DNA of 64,000 nucleotides from a virus (Duplodnaviria; Caudoviricetes): IMG/VR virus record IMGVR_UViG_3300028888_002023, positions 1 to 64,000 of that record; one strand, 5' to 3'. Shown piece by piece: positions 21,664 to 30,516 of this stretch (position 1 is its first letter; each line of letters starts with the position of its first letter). The notes under the pieces were generated by a model. It saw only the letters and a program-made list of their open reading frames with translations, ran no database searches and was not told where the DNA came from. The position numbers and the translations under genes were made by a program.

Positions 21664-22185
21664 TTACCTCTTTTTAATCGTAACATATGAGTTACCATTT
21701 GATTCAAAAATTGTTTCATAGTAATAGTCTATATTAGTATCACCAATAACTTTAATTTCGCCATTATCATAAATAATTTGTTGTCCTAAAGCACCTATTT
21801 TAAAAGCATCTGATGTTTCGTCACAGTTGCACTTATGGTATCTAGCTAAAGAGGCTATGATTGTATCTTTTTTGAAGGTATAATCTTCATCACTGGAATT
21901 ATAAATTGAAATGATAATAGGGTCATCTTTAGGCCAGTTCATTTCATAAGGTTCACAAACAACATATAAAGGTGAATCTTCCCCTTCAATATATTCGCTC
22001 ACAATACACTCATCTAATAAATCAGTTATATCCACATACAATTGAGTATCAAACTGAACTTTAGTATGTGCAGGTATAGTTAAATCTTGATTAAGTTGTA
22101 TTAGTTGTTTTCCAGATATACTTAATGATATACCTTCCTTTTCAACTAATGTAACAACTTCCCCTTTATTTATAACAGTAATCAT
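21664..22185 (-). CDS. degenerate trimeric dUTPase-fold protein
   Basis: TIPAHTKVQFDTQLYVDI and IIISIYNSSDEDYTFKKDTIIASL resemble dUTPase strands; the motif-3 Asp (GxIDxDYxG) and the Gly-rich motif 5 are not seen. Confidence 0.45.
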   Translation of the reverse strand: MITVINKGEVVTLVEKEGISLSISGKQLIQLNQDLTIPAHTKVQFDTQLYVDITDLLDECIVSEYIEGEDSPLYVVCEPYEMNWPKDDPIIISIYNSSDEDYTFKKDTIIASLARYHKCNCDETSDAFKIGALGQQIIYDNGEIKVIGDTNIDYYYETIFESNGNSYVTIKKR

Positions 22186-22212
22186 TTTTAATTCTCTTAC
22201 TTTAAAATATAT

Positions 22213-23190
22213 TTATTCTATTCCCATAGCTTCTTTATCACATAAAACGCAACCATCACAGTCACAATAAGCATGATAGGCTTTTAAGTGTCCACATTCA
22301 GCAACCTCTGTCTCATTTTTATGCTTTTCATCATCTATTTCTAATTCAGCACCACGGTCTTTATGCCTAACATTTTTAACCATTGACTCACTAATATCAT
22401 TACCATTTCTATAAAGCAAATCTGCTCTGTACTGAATATTAAAAAGTTTGTCCCAATTTAATGCACTTTCCTGCATTCTAAATTTACGTAAGAATTCAAG
22501 GAATAACTTACGTGTGGGGACAAAATCTGTTTTATACTTTTCGTTATACTCTTGGGGTGTTGTATCTTCGCAACCTACTTGTTTAAAGAAGAAAGTTGCG
22601 TGATATTCTTTTCCCATTTGTTGAAATGATATTTCATTATTCAAATATTTTTTAATACAATCTGTAGAAAGTATTGTAGTAATATTAAACTTAATATCTG
22701 GGTAAAGTTCATGTATGTGCTTCATATGATATTTCCAATTTTCTTCCATTTTAGGTGTATGGAACCTACCTTGGGTATCATAAGAAGTTAAAAGCCAGAG
22801 TTTATCTGTATTACCTTCAAATAATTTAATAGTGTCATAAAGGTCTCTTTGGTCACCAATAGTTAATGTCATATAAATCCAAACTTGCTCAATATACCCA
22901 TCACGAAGTAATTGAGCAGTTTTTTCCATTAATGACATAAATTTCATACGTAATTCTGGAGTATGCAATTGCCCTTGAAAGAATTCTCCACCAAGATATG
23001 AAATAATATTATACTCTGGGTAATTATCTAAATTAGAAATCTCTGTGTATGCATTATCCATAGAATACATCTTCACTTTATCTGGGGTATGCCTATTATT
23101 TGTACCTAAATAACAAAAGGTACAACGGCTGTTACACTCTTCCCATAACTCAAATTGCATTATTTTATTAGCCATAAAATACTCCTTCAT
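22213..23190 (-). CDS. radical SAM protein (paralogue 2; start may be MANKI at 23175)
   Basis: QFELWEECNSRCTFC, GGEFF, TSYDTQGRF, CGH-x12-CxxCD. Confidence 0.85.
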   Translation of the reverse strand: MKEYFMANKIMQFELWEECNSRCTFCYLGTNNRHTPDKVKMYSMDNAYTEISNLDNYPEYNIISYLGGEFFQGQLHTPELRMKFMSLMEKTAQLLRDGYIEQVWIYMTLTIGDQRDLYDTIKLFEGNTDKLWLLTSYDTQGRFHTPKMEENWKYHMKHIHELYPDIKFNITTILSTDCIKKYLNNEISFQQMGKEYHATFFFKQVGCEDTTPQEYNEKYKTDFVPTRKLFLEFLRKFRMQESALNWDKLFNIQYRADLLYRNGNDISESMVKNVRHKDRGAELEIDDEKHKNETEVAECGHLKAYHAYCDCDGCVLCDKEAMGIE

Positions 23191-24091
23191 CTAAAGCAAT
23201 TAAGTCACAAAGCATACATTTATTACTATCTGCATAGCAACGATAAAGAACTGAATGACCACATTCTGTTATTTCTTCTTTTCCATCTGTAAGTTTAGGT
23301 TGTGATGTAATACTATCTTTATGTATATCTTTGAGTCCAGTCCATTTATATGTAGCAGAATTCATTGTTGACTGCATAAATGATACATATTCATGATAAT
23401 AGTTAGCCTTTAACCATGCCAGAAAATCAAATAAATCTGTTCGCTTAAAAAAGAAATCATCTAACTTCTTCCCTGTATGAATTGGGTGCGGATATAACAG
23501 ACAAAGCTGATTTCCCGGCATGATAATGTCAATTTCTTTAACTATATCTTGACCTTCTTTCCAAAGGTTAATAACATTTTGAGTAAGTATCATCTGAATA
23601 CCGAGACAATAATTATACTTATTATGTATTAGGTTCACATTGTCAATAACCTTTAATCTGTCTTCTTCATTTTTATATCTATACTTTAAGTCATAAGAAA
23701 AGTTAAGGTCTATTGCTTTGGTGCCACACGCATCAACTATTTTATCCAATACTCTCATTAAGAACTCTGGATTATATAATCCATTTGTGACAGTAGAATA
23801 TTTAACATTAGGATTAGGTGACTTCTTGAGGACCTTTTCTATAATTAAATCTATCAATTCAAGGAATGAGTCCTGTAACTCTCTGTCCTCTATAAAATAA
23901 AGTTCCCCACCTAATAAAGATATTCCATCAGCAAATTTACCTTGCCAATCTATATAATCAAGGTTTTTCTTAATTCGCTCTAATCTCTTCAATTGTTTTT
24001 CTTTACTGTATGGTATTCTCTCTTTTCTTAAACAAAAGTCGCAAGCATTGCAACAATTAGCCCACACAGAGTATTGTAACACATTACTCAT
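23168..24091 (-). CDS. radical SAM protein (paralogue 3)
   Basis: QYSVWANCCNACDFC, GGELY, FSYDLKYRY, CGH-x12-CxxCD. Confidence 0.85.
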   Translation of the reverse strand: MSNVLQYSVWANCCNACDFCLRKERIPYSKEKQLKRLERIKKNLDYIDWQGKFADGISLLGGELYFIEDRELQDSFLELIDLIIEKVLKKSPNPNVKYSTVTNGLYNPEFLMRVLDKIVDACGTKAIDLNFSYDLKYRYKNEEDRLKVIDNVNLIHNKYNYCLGIQMILTQNVINLWKEGQDIVKEIDIIMPGNQLCLLYPHPIHTGKKLDDFFFKRTDLFDFLAWLKANYYHEYVSFMQSTMNSATYKWTGLKDIHKDSITSQPKLTDGKEEITECGHSVLYRCYADSNKCMLCDLIALDEGVFYG

Positions 24092-24114
24092 ATCTAAATT
24101 ATATCATAATTTTA

Positions 24115-25008
24115 TTAACTTGTCAATTCCATAAAGGCTACTACAATATCTCTCATCTTTTCATCTGAATCAATAAATCCAATATCATATTTTCTGGTTC
24201 TATCTCTTAACTGACATCTGCCTTCAGTCAATCTGCGACCTATTGCTACAGACCTTAAGCCATCTTCATGGTAATGTAATTCATCTGAACGGTAATCCAT
24301 AGAGAATAATTTATTGAAATCTAACACGCCATTCATCTTTTGAAGAAACTTAATAAATGATGCTTTAGTTGGAAAAAATCCGGGGAGTTCTTTTTGACAT
24401 TCAAATTTATCTTTGAAATATAAACCAGACGAAGGTTCTATAAAATCTAATGAACAACGAAATACCTGTTGAAATAATTTAAAATCAAACTTTTCGTTAA
24501 TTACAGCGTCTATTAAATGTTGCGTCATTATCATTTCAACATGTAAATCAACTTCTGGATAATTATTACCTAGCCATAACATATTTTTCACCCAAAGCAT
24601 TCTTTCATCTGTATTTTTAAATCTATATTCATAATCCCATGAAGTACATAATACGATTTTATCAAGGATATTATAAGTCTTTTTAAGAGCTTTTAAGACT
24701 GGAATAAGATAATCTCCTATGTTATAAATAAGATTTGTTGTAATAAATATCTTTTTAGGATTAAGCTCTTTGCATAATCTAATAATAGTGAAAAAATCTA
24801 CCATATTGTATTGAGCTTCACCATTAAAGAATTCACCACCAATTAATCCTATGCTATCATATTCATTAGGTTTTAACTTCTTTAATTGTTCTATAACATA
24901 ATGGCACGATTTATTTTTATCTACAGGCATTTGCCCTCTGTTAAAACAAAAAGGACAATGCTGTGAACAATCTTTCCATAATTCAAATTGTATAAACTTA
25001 TTCTTCAT
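24115..25008 (-). CDS. radical SAM protein (paralogue 4)
   Basis: QFELWKDCSQHCPFC, GGEFF, TSWDYEYRF; C-terminus YDIGFIDSD lacks the Cys cluster. Confidence 0.85.
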   Translation of the reverse strand: MKNKFIQFELWKDCSQHCPFCFNRGQMPVDKNKSCHYVIEQLKKLKPNEYDSIGLIGGEFFNGEAQYNMVDFFTIIRLCKELNPKKIFITTNLIYNIGDYLIPVLKALKKTYNILDKIVLCTSWDYEYRFKNTDERMLWVKNMLWLGNNYPEVDLHVEMIMTQHLIDAVINEKFDFKLFQQVFRCSLDFIEPSSGLYFKDKFECQKELPGFFPTKASFIKFLQKMNGVLDFNKLFSMDYRSDELHYHEDGLRSVAIGRRLTEGRCQLRDRTRKYDIGFIDSDEKMRDIVVAFMELTS

Positions 25009-25936
25009 TCATCATCTCACATAATGCTATGCATACATCTTCAATACTGTCATCACAGTCTATAAACCCTGTGTCAAATTTATGGTCTGGGTCCAGACAT
25101 TCAGTTCTAAAACCTTCTACACGTCTGTCTTTTTGGCACACAAACTGACCAAGGTCTAACTGATACCTGCGACTTGAACGTATCTCATTTGAAATAAGGC
25201 AGCGTATGTCAACATTTTTCTTTTCAATACATTCCTGTTTTAAGAATTTAATGAATTTTTCCTTTGTTGGGAAAAAATTAGGGCACGCTTCTTGAATTTC
25301 ATACTTATCTTTATAATACCAGCCACTTGTAGGTTCTATATAATCTACTCTTGATTTATAATAGTTGCTGAAATAAGCAATATCAAAATCTCCGTCTAAT
25401 ACTTTATCTATGAAATCACCTGTTAATATAATTTCAATATGCGTTCTAATATTTGGGAATTCTCCGTGTAAAAATTTCATATTGTTTCTAAACAAGCGTT
25501 TCTTAGGTATTCCATTCTTGTACCCATCAAATCTCCATTTAGTATCATAAGAAGTACATATTAAGACCTTATCATCTACTTTCATTTCTTCAAAGAAGCA
25601 TAATAGAGGTATTAAGTGCTTACTCATGTCATAGATTAGATTCGTTGCTATATAAATCTTTTTAAAGTGCATACAACAAATCTTACGCACTACTTTATAG
25701 AAAAGCTCATTGACTTCTGGGTCATCAAGCTGGTCGTCAAATATTTCCCCACCTATCAAACCTACTTCATCAAATTCTTTCACCTCTGGGTCATCTAACT
25801 TTTCTAAAATGAAATTAAGTGCATACTTTTTATCAATAGGAATCTGGTCTTTACAAAGACAGAATTCACAGCCATTATTACATTCTGACCAGAGTTGATA
25901 TTGAAGGAATTTACTAGGTGCTTTATATCTATCCAT
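24998..25936 (-). CDS. radical SAM protein (paralogue 5)
   Basis: QYQLWSECNNGCEFC, GGEIF, TSYDTKWRF; C-terminus FDTGFIDCD like paralogue 4. Confidence 0.85.
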   Translation of the reverse strand: MDRYKAPSKFLQYQLWSECNNGCEFCLCKDQIPIDKKYALNFILEKLDDPEVKEFDEVGLIGGEIFDDQLDDPEVNELFYKVVRKICCMHFKKIYIATNLIYDMSKHLIPLLCFFEEMKVDDKVLICTSYDTKWRFDGYKNGIPKKRLFRNNMKFLHGEFPNIRTHIEIILTGDFIDKVLDGDFDIAYFSNYYKSRVDYIEPTSGWYYKDKYEIQEACPNFFPTKEKFIKFLKQECIEKKNVDIRCLISNEIRSSRRYQLDLGQFVCQKDRRVEGFRTECLDPDHKFDTGFIDCDDSIEDVCIALCEMMNEE

Positions 25937-26804
25937 CTATGTAACCTCCAAACATATCTTCAAGGTCACAGCAGAAACAAGTACCTTCCCTACTATATTT
26001 TTTAAAATTCACAGCGTGACCACACTCTGGAGATAATTCACAGCTACAGAACTGAAATTCGCCATCTTTGTACATATATAGCCATTTCTCTTGTTTTATA
26101 CACATATTAGGTACATACTTTTTAAGATAGCCGGGATTAATTTTTTCCATCCACCATAATGTATTAAATATAATTTGTTGACTTGCAGTAAGTTTGTCAT
26201 CATAAACAATATATGGAAGTAAATTAACCCAACAATTATTTTTATTCATAAATTCTATAATATCAAATTGTCCTGTAATTATTGCTTCACAAGTTGGTTT
26301 GGTTAATATCATATTAGTAACAATAGGCATTTCTGGATATTTTTCTGCTATTGTTGCAAGATTTGTTAGCATTACATTTTTATCATGCTCAGTCTTAAAC
26401 CTTCCTTCAATATCATAAGAAGTAGTAAATTTAACTCTTTTCAATAGTCCAGCATCTTTTAGTTGTTCAAGAGTATCATACAACCCATTAATATTAAGAT
26501 ATATAAGGTTTGTGTTTAAATACAAAAGGTCTATAATTCCTTGTTTCATAAACTGAACTAACACAAAGAAAAAGGTTGATAATATTTGAAAGTCTGATGG
26601 CTTATCAAATATTTCCCCACCACAAACCAGTATATGACTACCTTTTTCAAATTTATCTGATTTAATAAATTCAATTACATCATTTAATATTTTAAGTCTT
26701 TCATCATGATTATATAAACGAGGGTTTTCTCTCTGCCAACAAAACTTACAATTATTGTTACAGTTATCCCATAATAAAAACTCATATATCTTTTTCATTG
26801 TCAA
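25929..26804 (-). CDS. radical SAM protein (paralogue 6)
   Basis: EFLLWDNCNNNCKFC, GGEIF, TSYDIEGRF, CGH-x12-CxxCD. Confidence 0.85.
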   Translation of the reverse strand: MTMKKIYEFLLWDNCNNNCKFCWQRENPRLYNHDERLKILNDVIEFIKSDKFEKGSHILVCGGEIFDKPSDFQILSTFFFVLVQFMKQGIIDLLYLNTNLIYLNINGLYDTLEQLKDAGLLKRVKFTTSYDIEGRFKTEHDKNVMLTNLATIAEKYPEMPIVTNMILTKPTCEAIITGQFDIIEFMNKNNCWVNLLPYIVYDDKLTASQQIIFNTLWWMEKINPGYLKKYVPNMCIKQEKWLYMYKDGEFQFCSCELSPECGHAVNFKKYSREGTCFCCDLEDMFGGYIDG

Positions 26805-26819
26805 GTCCTTTCAGAATAA

Positions 26820-27542
26820 TTATAGAGTAGTGACACTACCTGTATAACTTACTACTATTATTTTTCTACTTAATTTATTATCAAGGATTCTATTTACAAT
26901 AGCCTGCATTTCAGCCCCAGATAATGTATGAGCACGAGTATCTCCAACAACTACACCATTAGAATCTATAGGTTGTCCTGTCATGCCTGCTGGTCTTGGG
27001 TCAAGTGATAAACCTGCTGTGGATATTGATTGTGTAGAATAAACAATAGCAGAACCTCTTGATGATGTTGAGCTCCAAGATTGGTCATTTCCATTTCCAT
27101 TTATACCTATTGTAGTTGTTGTAGCTAATACTGGAGGCATAGCTGTTGTAGCAAGAGCAATTTTAAAACTACAGAATAAAAATAGGTCATATAAAAAATT
27201 ATATAAATTTTTACTGTCTATAGGATAATCCCAAGTATTTGAAGGTAAATATAAACCATTAAAAAATGATGCTAATTCATTACTTGGAACACCTTCAGCT
27301 ACTTGGCTAATACCAGATGATACAGAAAGTGTAAATTGAGCACACGCTACTTTACCTCCGTAGCCCATTGCAGGACCACCATCTGAAGAAGCTGCATATG
27401 TAGTAGCTAAAGTCTCTGAATTACCACTTTTATAATATGCCCCTAAACTGCTGTAATTACTACCAACATTTTTACAATTGGTATTAATCCAACTTATTAC
27501 TTGGTTAAGTAGTGTGCGGTATGTTACTGATGGTACTGTCAT
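26820..27542 (-). CDS. S/T/G-rich hypothetical protein, paralogue of 27547..28398 without the poly-Ser tail
   Basis: YRTLL...NCKNVG ~ YSDLR...KCCNIG; FTLSV...NELASFFNGL ~ LKLTV...NQFDTFMNNL; NFLYDLFLFCSFK ~ HFFQNFAAFMGAK. Confidence 0.6.
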   Translation of the reverse strand: MTVPSVTYRTLLNQVISWINTNCKNVGSNYSSLGAYYKSGNSETLATTYAASSDGGPAMGYGGKVACAQFTLSVSSGISQVAEGVPSNELASFFNGLYLPSNTWDYPIDSKNLYNFLYDLFLFCSFKIALATTAMPPVLATTTTIGINGNGNDQSWSSTSSRGSAIVYSTQSISTAGLSLDPRPAGMTGQPIDSNGVVVGDTRAHTLSGAEMQAIVNRILDNKLSRKIIVVSYTGSVTTL

Positions 27543-27546
27543 ATTT

Positions 27547-28398
27547 TTAAATATCCATATATACTATAAATGCAGAGCTAGATGAACTTGATGAACTTGA
27601 AGAACTTGAACTTGAAGAACTACAAGAACTACAATTCACTGTAAAATAAGTTGAAATAACATGAATACCAGCCGTGGTATTTAGGCTATTCATGAAACTT
27701 GCTAAACTGGTTGTTAATTCTGTAGAAGTAAAAGAAGTCTGTGTATTGTCTTGAGGTACGCCATTTACGAAGGTATCATTAAGGACAGGAATAGCAGTGT
27801 TATTATTAGTAGTTCCATATGCTGGGGACTGCTTATTAAAAGGTTCCGCAGGTGATGTATATGATGCTGTTCCAGAAGTTGACTTTGTTATACTTTCAGT
27901 AATAGTAGCACTGGAAACTGATGCATTTGAATCATATACAAAGTAACCTCTTGATGTATCAAATGGTGAATATACTTGTACTACTTTTGCTCCCATAAAA
28001 GCTGCAAAGTTTTGGAAAAAATGTACCATAGCCTTGAATGTCATTACAGTATTATCTTTATTTGACATACCTAAATTATTCATAAAGGTGTCAAATTGAT
28101 TTGTTACTGTACTACTTGACACAGCAGTAACAAAAGAATCATTTACAGTAAGTTTTAATGTTGCAGTATGTGCTTTTCTAATAGGGTTCCAAGGTGCTGG
28201 GTGGTTGTATAATGCATAAACATTATGCATTATTGTTCCAACATTTTTTGGTGTATCAACATTTCTGGTATAACCATCTTTTAAAGAGGCTGGTATAGAA
28301 GAAACACTGCCTATGTTACAGCATTTAGCTATTAACTGTTCTAAAGCATAATTTCTTAAATCTGAATATTTACATATATAATTTGAACCTATTGTCAT
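27547..28398 (-). CDS. S/T-rich protein ending NCSSC-(S)16-AFIVYMDI; candidate modification substrate
   Basis: Codon-by-codon reading of 27547..27636; lies just upstream of the radical SAM array. Confidence 0.7.
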   Translation of the reverse strand: MTIGSNYICKYSDLRNYALEQLIAKCCNIGSVSSIPASLKDGYTRNVDTPKNVGTIMHNVYALYNHPAPWNPIRKAHTATLKLTVNDSFVTAVSSSTVTNQFDTFMNNLGMSNKDNTVMTFKAMVHFFQNFAAFMGAKVVQVYSPFDTSRGYFVYDSNASVSSATITESITKSTSGTASYTSPAEPFNKQSPAYGTTNNNTAIPVLNDTFVNGVPQDNTQTSFTSTELTTSLASFMNSLNTTAGIHVISTYFTVNCSSCSSSSSSSSSSSSSSSSAFIVYMDI

Positions 28399-29150
28399 TA
28401 TTCTTTAACCCCTTCATTTGCAGTTTCTTCTAAAATACTAAAGAAGTCTTCCATGAAACCTAAACCTGCTTGACATTTACTTAACAATGTTGTCATAAAA
28501 ACATAAGCATCATCAATATATACTAATTCACTTGTAGAAAATTCTGGTGATTTAGCAAAAATACCAGATAATGTTGCTAAATCAGATGAAAGAATCATAT
28601 TTGCATAAAGTACTGGTAATTTAATATGCTCATCAGATGGAGTATACATAAATTTAGTATATGATTTAATTAAAGATAAGAAATAAATACTTAATTGCTT
28701 AATAAATGCTTTAATATTAGCCCCTAAAGCTAACTTTATATCTAATAACTCTTCTACACTATTAAAATAAACATCTGAAGAATTAAAGAATTCATCATTA
28801 AGATTATTATAAGATTTAACTAAATTATACATATTTAGTTGCATTAAAGGGTCTGCTAAATTAGGATTATCAAACCCATATTTAAGTGCTTCAATCTTTT
28901 GTTCAGTAGAAGCATTCTTTAAATCAAACATTACAATAACATTTGATGTATCTTCGTTAACATCTTCAACACCATCTTCATCTGGTATTTCACAATTCTG
29001 GCTAACTCTGGTTACAAGGTACTTATCTTCATAACATTTTTCCATGATTTTAATTAAATCTTCAGCTTCAGGTGTAACCCTGATAATAACATTTTTACCT
29101 TCACAAGCTGTATCAAACTTGTAACCTTTTCCATTGTACTCTTTTAACAT
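28398..29150 (-). CDS. hypothetical protein (acidic, helical C-terminal half)
   Basis: 250-aa ORF translationally coupled (1-nt overlap) to the poly-Ser gene. Confidence 0.6.
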   Translation of the reverse strand: MLKEYNGKGYKFDTACEGKNVIIRVTPEAEDLIKIMEKCYEDKYLVTRVSQNCEIPDEDGVEDVNEDTSNVIVMFDLKNASTEQKIEALKYGFDNPNLADPLMQLNMYNLVKSYNNLNDEFFNSSDVYFNSVEELLDIKLALGANIKAFIKQLSIYFLSLIKSYTKFMYTPSDEHIKLPVLYANMILSSDLATLSGIFAKSPEFSTSELVYIDDAYVFMTTLLSKCQAGLGFMEDFFSILEETANEGVKE

Positions 29151-29161
29151 GGTGCTCTCCT

Positions 29162-30442
29162 TTACAATTCCAATTTAACTACACACTCAACTAACTTTTC
29201 ACCCTCTTCAAGGTTTTCTTCAAGTGCTCTTCCAACCAAATTATAGCATGGGTTTTTAGAATTGTCAACTTTTCCCACTCCAGCTTCATCAGATAAAACA
29301 ATGTAATCAAATTTCTTTACAGGACCTTTTACCCTTACAGGAATTCTTCCTGTTAAGGCTATTAATGATGGATGTTCCATATTATTATCACCATTTAATA
29401 TGTATGCTGGATTTGTTGATATAACAGCATTTACAGCATCTTTAGCCTTAGTTATTTCTTTTTCTCCACCAAACTGAACTAATGTACCTGCTGGTAATTC
29501 TTCATCAGCATCATAATATTCGGCAATATCGGCAGATAGTGCTCTGTATGCAGTACCCATTATTACTTTATCAAAAGTACACACATTTTTAAAGTTGGCT
29601 GTATTATTTGCTGTTAAAGTACCATTTACAGTTGTATTACCTGCTACAGTTACTGCTCCAGAAAGAGTGGTTGCCCCAGTGACACCTAATGTAGAAGCAC
29701 AAGTTACAGCACCATTTGCTTGTAAAGCATTAGTTGTAACTTTACCAGAAAAAGATGATAAACCTGCTGTAACTTTTAAGGCGTATGCGTTGCTTGCAGT
29801 ATTATTAAAAGTTACCATTTTAGCAAATGTTTTTTCAGACTGAATTGTTTCAGCATTACCTGTCAAGTGAACAACACCAGCGTTGATTTCATTTTGTACA
29901 GCAGTAATTCTACCTAAAAGGTCCTGATACATAGCTTGTACATCTGTTTCGTTTGCTTTACCACCAGCACCAGAAAGTTCCCAACCTTCTGTACCTGTTT
30001 CAGTTTGTTTTAAATAAAGATAACCTGTATCAAGGTCAGTATACATATCACCACGGTTTCCAGACTTATACCCATTAGGATTACCATGACCTTGGCTGTA
30101 TACTTCATTCATAGACATCATACGTCTCCAATATGTTGCCTGTTTAGAATAAATATCACCTGTAGAAGTATCTAAATATAAGGAACCAACGGCTGAATCA
30201 ATTAAATCATCATTCAAAGAAGGGTCTCCAACCCCATTCAATATATACTTTAAATCTTTTGCTCTGTTAGGTAGTGTGTATGATGCTAAGTTACCATTTT
30301 CATCAAAGAATTTTACGGTAATATCACGTGCCTCTGGGTTATAAAAAATATCAAACCAGTTTTGAGCTAATTCATTATAGTTTTGTGCCAACTGGGATAA
30401 TGTTGTCGCAATTTTCTGTATATCTTGAGTTTCTACAGCCAT
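29162..30442 (-). CDS. tail fibre/spike with C-terminal autoproteolytic intramolecular chaperone (peptidase G2-like)
   Basis: beta-repeat shaft (TLGVTGATTLSGAVTVAGNTTVNGTLT); ADIAEYY...AVISTNPAY...ALTGRIPVRV...VGRALE. Confidence 0.7.
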   Translation of the reverse strand: MAVETQDIQKIATTLSQLAQNYNELAQNWFDIFYNPEARDITVKFFDENGNLASYTLPNRAKDLKYILNGVGDPSLNDDLIDSAVGSLYLDTSTGDIYSKQATYWRRMMSMNEVYSQGHGNPNGYKSGNRGDMYTDLDTGYLYLKQTETGTEGWELSGAGGKANETDVQAMYQDLLGRITAVQNEINAGVVHLTGNAETIQSEKTFAKMVTFNNTASNAYALKVTAGLSSFSGKVTTNALQANGAVTCASTLGVTGATTLSGAVTVAGNTTVNGTLTANNTANFKNVCTFDKVIMGTAYRALSADIAEYYDADEELPAGTLVQFGGEKEITKAKDAVNAVISTNPAYILNGDNNMEHPSLIALTGRIPVRVKGPVKKFDYIVLSDEAGVGKVDNSKNPCYNLVGRALEENLEEGEKLVECVVKLEL

Positions 30443-30483
30443 TATTTATTCCTACCTTAAAAAATTACATAGTTTCTATATCT

Positions 30484-30493
30484 TAAAATGTAA
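30484..30493 (-). promoter_or_regulatory. candidate late-promoter motif TTACATTTTA heading the fibre-radical SAM operon
   Basis: Member of the recurring TTANATTTTA set. Confidence 0.55.
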
Positions 30494-30506
30494 ACACTCC
30501 CATTGT

Positions 30507-30516
30507 TTACATTTTA
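30507..30516 (+). promoter_or_regulatory. candidate late-promoter motif TTACATTTTA before 30553
   Basis: Member of the recurring TTANATTTTA set. Confidence 0.55.

Noticed and set aside
19654-26804. Radical SAM cluster as a 7-deazaguanine/queuosine or other DNA-modification pathway
   Set aside because: No folE/queD/queC/dpdA-like genes seen, motifs do not match QueE, and the operon is linked to fibre genes and the late motif. Not formally excluded, because partner genes could lie outside the window.
27574-27621. Poly-Ser as a simple microsatellite or sequencing slippage
   Set aside because: Mixed AGY and TCN codons with no single repeat unit.
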